A stretch of DNA of 64,000 nt from Acidimicrobiales bacterium (GTDB taxonomy: Bacteria; Actinomycetota; Acidimicrobiia; Acidimicrobiales; Bin134), in the NCBI GenBank assembly GCA_965208505.1, contig OZ242339.1, positions 621,040 through 685,039 of the forward strand, read 5' to 3'. Below the pieces are notes generated by a model. That model was not told the DNA's origin, ran no database searches, and saw only the letters and a list, made by a program, of their open reading frames with translations. Positions within the stretch are counted from its first letter, which is position 1; each line of letters starts with the position of its first letter. Shown here piece after piece: positions 56,505-64,000 of the stretch. The translations under genes were made by a program, and so were the position numbers.

Positions 56505-56719
56505 GCTTGAAAAGGCACTATAGATATGAACAGCCCTGCGTACAACTGGTTCACAGGGAAATCCACAAACCCCGGCTTCCCTACCTGTAACCTTTGCTGC
56601 CCTGACTACCCCAAAAGGTTATTGGCAAACCTCTGAGCAGGTAGTATATGAATCGACGTTGTCCCGGCATGTGAACGATGGTGTCCGCAGTTCGGGGACC
56701 GGCATGAGGCGGTCCTAGT

Positions 56720-57547
56720 GTGAAGTCTGTGCCCGGTACACGCATTGTCACGGTTGATTCGCCCGAGTCGGGTATCGCTCTGATCACCATGTCGCGCCCC
56801 GAGCGGCTCAATGCCCTGAGTCCCGAGCTCATTGCCGAACTGCACCAAGCCCTCGAGGATGTGGAGCGGGACCGCTCTCATCGGGCGGTGGTTCTCACCG
56901 GCGAAGGCCGGGGGTTCTGCTCCGGTGCCGACCTCAAGGCCGGGGGCGAACAGGAGCTCGACGAGCCGTCCGACCGGAGCCGGGTGGGGGCCATCTACGA
57001 CTTGCAGTTGGACCTGGCCAATCTCATGCTCAAGATCTACGAGCTTCGGGCGCCGGTGATCGCCGCGGTGAACGGTCCCGCCGTCGGCGGGGGCTTCGCC
57101 ATCGCCCTGCACTGCGATGTGCGAGTTGCGGCAGAATCGGCCCGGTTTGGCTCAGTGTTCATCAAGGTGGGGCTGTCGTCGCTGGACGTGGGCAACAGCT
57201 ACCTGCTGCCCCGGCTGATCGGGGCCAGCCGAGCTCGGGAGCTGATGCTCACCGGGCGGATTTTCGACGCCGCCGAGGCCGATCGCATCGGGCTGGTGTC
57301 CCGGGTGGTGCCCGACGGCCAGGTGGTGGAGGCGGCTATCGAGGTGGCCCGGCAGATCGCGGCCAACAACGAGTACGGGGTGTGGATGACCAAGCTGGGG
57401 GCCAACGCCACTTTGGACGCCCCCAGCCTGCGCCATGCCATGGAGTTGGAGAATCGCACTCAGGTGCTGGGCACATTCACCGGGAACATGGCCGAGGCCT
57501 CCGAGGCATTCCGGGAGGGCCGCGAGCCCCGCTGGAACCCGCTGTAG
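56720..57547 (+). CDS. Enoyl-CoA hydratase/isomerase
   Basis: RPERLNAL, FCSGADL, IAAVNGPAVGGG. Confidence 0.92.
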   Translation: MKSVPGTRIVTVDSPESGIALITMSRPERLNALSPELIAELHQALEDVERDRSHRAVVLTGEGRGFCSGADLKAGGEQELDEPSDRSRVGAIYDLQLDLANLMLKIYELRAPVIAAVNGPAVGGGFAIALHCDVRVAAESARFGSVFIKVGLSSLDVGNSYLLPRLIGASRARELMLTGRIFDAAEADRIGLVSRVVPDGQVVEAAIEVARQIAANNEYGVWMTKLGANATLDAPSLRHAMELENRTQVLGTFTGNMAEASEAFREGREPRWNPL

Positions 57548-57559
57548 GCTGCCGAATCG

Positions 57560-58333
57560 ATGTTGGAGATCGAAAACCACGGTCGGGTGCGACTGCTTAC
57601 GCTAAATCGGCCCGACGCCCTCAACGCCTTTAGCGAGGCCCTGTACGACGCCACCGCCCAAGCGCTGATCGACGCCGCCGCCGACCCCGATGTGGCGGTG
57701 GTGGTGCTCACCGGGAACGGGCGGGCGTTCTGCGCCGGCACCGACTTGGTGGAGATGGGCGCTCGCAATCCCGGCGGGGGCGGCATCGAGTCCGGCGTTT
57801 ACGGATTCGCCGGAATGCTCGACCAGATGGACTCGTTCCCCAAGCCGTTCATCTGCGCGGTGAACGGTTTGGCCATCGGAGTGGGGACCACCATGCTGGG
57901 GTTCGCCGATCTATCCTTCATGTCTTCTGAAGCCCGGCTGCGGTGCCCGTTCTCCAGTTTGGGGGTGGCCCCCGAAGCGGCCAGCAGCTACACCTTCCCG
58001 CTGCTGCTGGGCCGCCAGCAGGCCATGTGGACCCTGCTCAGCTCCGAGTGGATCAGCGCCGAGGAGGCCAAGGAGATGGGCCTGGTGTGGAAGGTGTGCC
58101 CGCCCGACGAGCTGATGGAGACGACGATGGCCCACGCCCAGAAGCTGGCCGCGCTGCCGGTGTCGTCGCTAGTGGAGTCCAAGGCGCTCATCACCCACGG
58201 CTGGCACGACGGGGTGGCCGCGGCCCGCGAGCGGGAGAACGCCGCCTTCAGCCGTTTGATGGGGGCGCCGGCCAATGTCGAGGCCATCGCCGCCTTCATG
58301 GAAAAGCGCCCACCAGACTTCACCGGCCTATAG
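57560..58333 (+). CDS. Enoyl-CoA hydratase/isomerase
   Basis: LNRPDALNA, FCAGTDL, PEAASS. Confidence 0.92.
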   Translation: MLEIENHGRVRLLTLNRPDALNAFSEALYDATAQALIDAAADPDVAVVVLTGNGRAFCAGTDLVEMGARNPGGGGIESGVYGFAGMLDQMDSFPKPFICAVNGLAIGVGTTMLGFADLSFMSSEARLRCPFSSLGVAPEAASSYTFPLLLGRQQAMWTLLSSEWISAEEAKEMGLVWKVCPPDELMETTMAHAQKLAALPVSSLVESKALITHGWHDGVAAARERENAAFSRLMGAPANVEAIAAFMEKRPPDFTGL

Positions 58334-58401
58334 CCACAGTTTCGGCCTGTCACCAGCCTGCGCCTACCATCCTCCAAGCACTCACGCCGACTGGAGGACG
58401 C

Positions 58402-59967
58402 ATGGCTGAGACCGACGTGCTGGGGTTCTGGAAGATCGCCGAGGCCGATCCCGAGCGCCTGGCGGTAGTCGACCCCGATTACAACGAGATCACCTACGGA
58501 GAGCTGGCCGAGCTGACCAACCGCATCGTCCACGGCCTGCGGGCCGCCGGTCTTTCCACCGGCGACCAGGTGACCACGGTGCTGCCCAACGGGATCGAGC
58601 AGGTGGCCGTTTCGATGGCCGCCTACCAGGGGGGTTACTACCTCACCACCGTGAACTGGCACCTGGCCGGCCCCGAGATCGCCTACATCGTCAACGACAG
58701 CGAGACCAAGGCATTCATCGTCCACGAGGACTTCGCCGATCAGGCCCTCAGAGTGTTGGAGGACAGCGACGTGCCCGCTGCCAACCGGTTCTCAGTGGGC
58801 GGCATCGACGGCTTCCGCCCCCTGTCAGAGTTGGTCGACGCCCAACCTGCCACCCGGCCCGACGGCCTGACCACCGGCTCGTTCATGTTCTACACGTCGG
58901 GCACGACCGGGCGGCCCAAGGGAGTGCGGCGGGCGCTCCCCGGCGTTCACCCCGACGAATCAGCCGCCGGATCCGGTGGGCTGTTCATGCTGCTGGGCAT
59001 CATGCCCCACTCCGACAACGTCCACATCACCCAAGCTCCGCTGTACCACACAGCGGTGAACATCTGGTGTACGACCTCGCTGCACATGGGACATCCCGCA
59101 GTGGTGATGGGGCGCTGGAATGCCGAGGGGGCGTTGGAGCGCATCGACCGCTACAAGGTCACCCAAAGCCACATGGTCCCCACCATGTTCCACCGCCTGC
59201 TCCAACTCCCCGATGCGGTGAAGGAGCGCTACGACGTGTCGTCGCTGCGGCGGATGATTCACGCCGCCGCCCCCTGCCCCATCGAGACCAAGCAGAAGAT
59301 GCTCGACTGGTGGGGCGACTGCATCTGGGAGTACTACGCGGCCACCGAGGGGGGCGGTACCTACATACCGCCCGAGGAGTGGCGCCAGTACCCCGGCACG
59401 GTGGGCCGCCCCTGGCCGGGATCGGAGGTCATCGTGGTGGACGACGACGGCAACCGCCTGCCGCCCGGCGCCAGCGGCACCATCTACATGAAGATGCCCA
59501 CCGGTCAGACCTTCGAGTACTACAAGGACAAGGAGAAGACCGACAAGGCCCGCCTGGACGAGGAGTTCTTCACCGTGGGTGACGTGGGCTACTTCAACGA
59601 CGACGGCTATTTGTTCCTCAACGACCGGGCCAACGACATGATCATCGTGGGGGGTATGAACATCTATCCCGCGGAGATCGAGGGGGCGCTGCTCCAGAGC
59701 CCGCTGGTGGGCGATGCCGCAGTGTTCGGGATCCCCAACGAGGACACCGGCGAGGAGATCAAAGCGGTGATCGAGCCGGCTGCCGGGGTGGCTGCCGACG
59801 ATGACACCCGGGGAGCCATCATGGAGCTCCTCCGCGACCAGATCGCCAAGCAGAAGTGGCCCCGCTCCATCGACTTCACCGACGAGATGCCCCGCGACCC
59901 CAACGGCAAGCTCTACAAGCGACGGCTGCGCGACCCCTATTGGGAAGGCAAGACCCGAGCCATCTAG
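58402..59967 (+). CDS. Acyl-CoA synthetase (FadD-like)
   Basis: YTSGTTGRPKG, YAATE, GDVGY, NGKLYK; GGAGG RBS. Confidence 0.92.
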   Translation: MAETDVLGFWKIAEADPERLAVVDPDYNEITYGELAELTNRIVHGLRAAGLSTGDQVTTVLPNGIEQVAVSMAAYQGGYYLTTVNWHLAGPEIAYIVNDSETKAFIVHEDFADQALRVLEDSDVPAANRFSVGGIDGFRPLSELVDAQPATRPDGLTTGSFMFYTSGTTGRPKGVRRALPGVHPDESAAGSGGLFMLLGIMPHSDNVHITQAPLYHTAVNIWCTTSLHMGHPAVVMGRWNAEGALERIDRYKVTQSHMVPTMFHRLLQLPDAVKERYDVSSLRRMIHAAAPCPIETKQKMLDWWGDCIWEYYAATEGGGTYIPPEEWRQYPGTVGRPWPGSEVIVVDDDGNRLPPGASGTIYMKMPTGQTFEYYKDKEKTDKARLDEEFFTVGDVGYFNDDGYLFLNDRANDMIIVGGMNIYPAEIEGALLQSPLVGDAAVFGIPNEDTGEEIKAVIEPAAGVAADDDTRGAIMELLRDQIAKQKWPRSIDFTDEMPRDPNGKLYKRRLRDPYWEGKTRAI

Positions 59968-60001
59968 GCGGTGGACGGGTTGATCAGTTGGGCCGGATGA
60001 G

Positions 60002-61600
60002 ATGAGGGCCCGCCTGTTCAATCCCGAGTTGGTGGAGGCGGAGGAACTCGCCCCCCGCCAGGTCCACATAATCATGATCGCCCTGATGACCGGAATGTTC
60101 CTGGCCGCGCTGGACAACTCGGTGCTGGCCACCGCGGTGCCCACCATCGCCGGCGAGCTGGGCGGCCAAGACCAAGTGGCCTGGGTCATCACCTCTTATC
60201 TGCTCACCGGCACCATTGCCACCCCGCTGATCGGCAAGCTCAGCGACATCTACGGCCGCAAGCTGGTCTTCCAGATCACCATCGGCTTCTTCATCATCAC
60301 CTCGGCGCTGGCCGGCCTGTCGCAGACCATGTTGCAGCTCGTGTTGTTCCGGGCATTGCAGGGGTTGGCCGGCGGCGGCCTTTTGGCCCTGCCCATGGCC
60401 ATCGTGGGCGACATCGTCGCCCCCAACGAGCGGGGGCGCTACCAGGGGTATATCGCGGGCACCTTCGGCACGGCCAGCGTAGCCGGTCCGCTCATTGGCG
60501 GGTTCTTCGTCGACCACTTGAGCTGGCGCTGGGTGTTCTATGTGAACGTCCCCGTGGGCCTGATCTCGATGGCGGCCATTGCGGTGCTGTTCAACGTGCG
60601 GCTCGACGTGGTGTCCCGCCCCATCGACTGGCTGGGCGCCGGGCTGCTCGTCGCCGGATTCACCCCGCTGCTGATCGCTCTCAGCCTGGGGGGCAACCAG
60701 CTGGCTTGGTCGTCACCGACGATGGTCCTCATATTCATCATTTCAGCCGTCTTGCTACCAGCGTTCTTCTGGTGGGAGACCCGAGCCGAGGATCCGATCC
60801 TTCCGCCCCGGCTGTACTCCAACGACGTAGTGCGCTGGTCGATGGTGGTCATGATGCTCATCGGGCTGGTCATGTTCGGGGCCACCCTGTTCATCCCGGT
60901 GTTCTTGCAGGTGGTGTCGGGGGTGAGCGCAACCGGTTCGGGGCTCAACATGATGCCCATGTTCATCGGCATCATCTTCACGTCGGTCGTATCGGGGCGA
61001 CTGCTCACCCTGTTCGGTCGCTACAAGGAGTTCTTGGTGCTGGGCACCGCGTTGATGACCGCCGGGATGGCGCTCTTGGCGCTGTTCTTGGACCAGGGCA
61101 TCACCCAGGTTCAGGTGGGGCTCATGGTGTTCGTCATCGGCCTGGGACTGGGCATGACCATGCCGGTGCTGGTGCTGGTGGTGCAGAACGCCAGCCCCCA
61201 TCGCGACATCGGCATGGTGAGCGCGGCCACCAACTTTGTGCGGTCGCTGGGCGGCACCATAGGGGCGGCGGTCATGGGCGCCATCTACGCCGCCGGGCTC
61301 AACTCATCCCTGGAGTCCAAGGTGACGCCTGACCAGTTGGCCACGCTACCCGATCCCGAGAAGCTGTTGGGCAGCCCCCAGCAGATCCGGGCCATCCAGG
61401 ATCCCTCCATTGTCGACGCCGTGCTGGAGTCGTTCTCGGTAGGGGTGCAGCGCTGCTTCACGGTGGGAGCACCGGTTATCGCCCTGGGCATTCTGGCCGC
61501 TCTGTTGATCCGACAGATCCCGCTGCGCCAACAGATCCGCTCCGAGGAGGAGCGCGCCGAGGCCGCCGCCAATCGGGAAACGCCGTCTTCTGTCCTGTGA
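60002..61600 (+). CDS. MFS DHA2 (EmrB/QacA) transporter
   Basis: [27 protein letters not shown]. Confidence 0.9.
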   Translation: MRARLFNPELVEAEELAPRQVHIIMIALMTGMFLAALDNSVLATAVPTIAGELGGQDQVAWVITSYLLTGTIATPLIGKLSDIYGRKLVFQITIGFFIITSALAGLSQTMLQLVLFRALQGLAGGGLLALPMAIVGDIVAPNERGRYQGYIAGTFGTASVAGPLIGGFFVDHLSWRWVFYVNVPVGLISMAAIAVLFNVRLDVVSRPIDWLGAGLLVAGFTPLLIALSLGGNQLAWSSPTMVLIFIISAVLLPAFFWWETRAEDPILPPRLYSNDVVRWSMVVMMLIGLVMFGATLFIPVFLQVVSGVSATGSGLNMMPMFIGIIFTSVVSGRLLTLFGRYKEFLVLGTALMTAGMALLALFLDQGITQVQVGLMVFVIGLGLGMTMPVLVLVVQNASPHRDIGMVSAATNFVRSLGGTIGAAVMGAIYAAGLNSSLESKVTPDQLATLPDPEKLLGSPQQIRAIQDPSIVDAVLESFSVGVQRCFTVGAPVIALGILAALLIRQIPLRQQIRSEEERAEAAANRETPSSVL

Positions 61601-63054
61601 GCAAGGCGCTGATGCTCCAGGGGACGGCTTCGGGCGTCGGCAAGTCTCTGCTCACTGCTGGGCTGTGCCGCCTGCTGGCCCGCTCGGGTGTCCGCGTTGC
61701 CCCGTTCAAACCGCAGAACATGAGCAACGCCTCGGCTGCTTGTCCTTCGGGAGGCGAGATCGGCCGGGCCCAGGCCTTGCAGGCATTTGCCAGTGGTTTG
61801 GAGCCGACGGTGGATATGAACCCGGTACTCCTCAAACCCGAAGCCGACCGACAGGCCCAGTTGGTGGTCTCCGGGCAGGTTCGGGGGACGTTGTTGGCCA
61901 ACCGGTTTCGCGAGGATCGAGCCGAGTTGTTGCCTGAGGTGCTGGCCGCCTTCGACCGTTTGAGCCAAGAACACGAGTTTGTGTTGATCGAAGGGGCAGG
62001 ATCACCGGCGGAGCCCAACTTGAGGGAAGGCGACATCGCCAACATGGGATTCGCCCAGGCGGCGAAGGTACCGGTTTGGCTGATCGGCGACATTGACCGC
62101 GGGGGCGTGTTCGCGTCCTTGCTCGGCACGATGGACGCGCTCGACCCGCCTGATCGCCAATTGGTGGAGGCCCTGGTGATCAATCGCTTTCGGGGCGATG
62201 CATCTTTGCTGGGCGACGCGTGCGACTGGCTGGTAGAGCGAACACAACGACCGCTGCTGGGCTGTGTGCCATATCTTCACGACCTGGCGCTGCCCGAAGA
62301 AGACGCGCCGTATTCCTTTCTAGGGGGACGAGGCAGACATCACAGCGACGAGGCCTCTTCTAAGTTGAGGGTAGGGGGAGTCTTCTACCCGAGGGCCAGC
62401 AACACCTCCGACTTGGATCCGATTGCAGACGATCCCAGAATCGATTTCTGCTGGTTGGCCGATCCCGATTCTCTATCTGGACTCGACTTGGCGGTACTGC
62501 CTGGCTCCAAGGCGGTGGCCGGCGATTTGTCGTGGCTTCGCCAGAACGGCTGGGTGGAGGCGCTAGAGCGCCATGTGCGCTACGGCGGTCGGGTCCTCGG
62601 CCTGTGCGGGGGATTGCAGATGCTCGGCCAGCGTATTCTCGACCCTCTTGGCATCGAGGGGCCCGCAAATACCGACGGGCTGGGTTGGCTGCCGGTGGAA
62701 GCCGAGCTAAAGCAGGAAAAGCTCGTCCGCACCGTCTCCGGGCAGGCCCGGTGGCCAGATAAGTGTGAATTCGCCGGGTATGAGATTCGCCACGGCGAGA
62801 GCCCGCAAGATCCGATGCTCTATCCCTTCGCCGCCCGGTCGGAGGACGGCCGGGTGATGGGAACCTATGTGCACGGGCTCTTCGACCTAGCCAAATATCG
62901 CCACGCAGTGCTGGAGGAGTGGCTGGGATGGAAGGCAGACCCCGGTGAGGACCAGCAGGGCCGTTGGTTGCGCGACTTGGACCGGCTGGCCGACTCCCTA
63001 CGCGAGAGCCTTGATCTCCGTATGCTTGAGGAGCAGGTTGGAAGGCTGTCCTGA
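61597..63054 (+). CDS. cobQ: Cobyric acid synthase
   Basis: [43 protein letters not shown]. Confidence 0.95.
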   Translation: MSKALMLQGTASGVGKSLLTAGLCRLLARSGVRVAPFKPQNMSNASAACPSGGEIGRAQALQAFASGLEPTVDMNPVLLKPEADRQAQLVVSGQVRGTLLANRFREDRAELLPEVLAAFDRLSQEHEFVLIEGAGSPAEPNLREGDIANMGFAQAAKVPVWLIGDIDRGGVFASLLGTMDALDPPDRQLVEALVINRFRGDASLLGDACDWLVERTQRPLLGCVPYLHDLALPEEDAPYSFLGGRGRHHSDEASSKLRVGGVFYPRASNTSDLDPIADDPRIDFCWLADPDSLSGLDLAVLPGSKAVAGDLSWLRQNGWVEALERHVRYGGRVLGLCGGLQMLGQRILDPLGIEGPANTDGLGWLPVEAELKQEKLVRTVSGQARWPDKCEFAGYEIRHGESPQDPMLYPFAARSEDGRVMGTYVHGLFDLAKYRHAVLEEWLGWKADPGEDQQGRWLRDLDRLADSLRESLDLRMLEEQVGRLS

Positions 63055-63073
63055 CTGCTCTGGCCACATCTGG

Positions 63074-64000
63074 CTACTTGATGGCCACCGGGTTGACCGG
63101 TGATCCCAGGCCGCCGACGAACGGCTGCGGCGAAGCCTCCAGGAAGAAGTCGTATTGGCCGTCAGCTGCGCAGTCGGCGGCCAACTCCTCGAGGTCCCAG
63201 TTCTGGCCCTGGGTGAGGCCCATGTCCACCAGGTTGAGGCAGTGGATGGCGATGATCGCCCCCTCAAAGGCCGGGTCAAAGGGCAGCACTTCGAACACGA
63301 TGTTGTCAGTGGCCACCGCGGCGATGTTGTGGTCGTAGAACCACTCGCAGGCCGTCACCCCGATGCCGGCGGAGCGCACAACCCCCAGTTCGGGAATGGG
63401 CTCGCCGTAGTAGTTGTCGAGGTCGCCGGCCTTGGCGTAGGCGAACAGCCCGGTGCGCACCAGGATGATGTCGCCGGTGCGGATCTCCACCCCTTGGGCC
63501 TCGGCCGCGTTGGTGAGGTCGTCGTAGCCGATGGCGTAGCCCGGCTCCAGCACGTCCACCCCGTGGAGCTTGGCAATGTCCAGCAGCACGCCTCGCCCGG
63601 TGAGGCTCTTGACCTGCTCGATTCCGCACACCGACGCCCCCCACTCGGTGATGGTGGAGGCGTCGTGGCCGTTGTAGAGCTTGCCCCGGTACATGGCGTG
63701 GCACAGCCCGTCCCAGTGGGTGGCGCATTGCAGGCCCATGGTGACCACGTCGTCGCTGGTGTGGAACATGTCGGGGTCGCCCATCATGGAGGCGTTGAGC
63801 GAAACCATGGTCTTCAGCGGGTTGACCCGGCCGGGGATGACGCCGGTCTGGAGCCCGTCTTTGTGCAGGGGATAGGCCAGAGAGATGCGCTTGCCGGTGC
63901 GGATGCACTGCGCGGCCTCCTTCACCACCTCATCGGTGAGGAAGTTGAGCGTGCCGATCTGATCGTCTTCTCCCCATCGTCCCCAGTTGTTGATCCGGGC
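63074..64000 (-). CDS. Cyclase-family metal-dependent hydrolase (5' end outside the window)
   Basis: NNWGRWGEDDQIGTLN, THWDGLCH, GRGVLLD, GSPVNPVAIK; frame open to the window edge. Confidence 0.88.
   Translation of the reverse strand, partial: ARINNWGRWGEDDQIGTLNFLTDEVVKEAAQCIRTGKRISLAYPLHKDGLQTGVIPGRVNPLKTMVSLNASMMGDPDMFHTSDDVVTMGLQCATHWDGLCHAMYRGKLYNGHDASTITEWGASVCGIEQVKSLTGRGVLLDIAKLHGVDVLEPGYAIGYDDLTNAAEAQGVEIRTGDIILVRTGLFAYAKAGDLDNYYGEPIPELGVVRSAGIGVTACEWFYDHNIAAVATDNIVFEVLPFDPAFEGAIIAIHCLNLVDMGLTQGQNWDLEELAADCAADGQYDFFLEASPQPFVGGLGSPVNPVAIK

Noticed and set aside
56622-56645. GGCAAACC resembling the start of a c-di-GMP-I riboswitch
   Set aside because: The GAAA loop and GCAAAGC elements that should follow are absent

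Overview
GC-rich actinobacterial chromosome segment. Mycothiol amidase Mca, WhiB, NucS and an F420-type LLM oxidoreductase point to Actinomycetota; Acidimicrobiia and a possible marine-sponge-symbiont lifestyle are inferences only. (1) 1-14.6 kb: a catabolic island joining an AraC-linked nitrilase / ABC importer / aldoxime dehydratase operon to a homoprotocatechuate-type meta-cleavage set (hpaRHFE plus a FAH protein), with a LigAB dioxygenase and an atypical P450 where HpaD and HpaBC would normally be. (2) 14.6-30.3 kb: an accessory/defence zone with four toxin-antitoxin pairs, a SmaI-like restriction-modification pair, a methyltransferase relic, an AAA+/DUF4143 ATPase and a secreted 14-repeat RCC1-type protein with shuffled repeats. 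(3) 30-64 kb: mostly metabolic genes, including a PHA cluster (phaC, phasin-like gene, hbd, MLDSR-like regulator), a 170-bp MITE, a methyltransferase-Mug fusion, nucS, a sat-cysC / 2x cysQ / SLC13 sulfate-activation cluster, fatty-acid genes and an isolated cobQ. I saw no rRNA, tRNA, CRISPR array or transposase. All calls come from motif recognition by eye, no database search was run, and several start codons are my choices rather than those of the ORF track.
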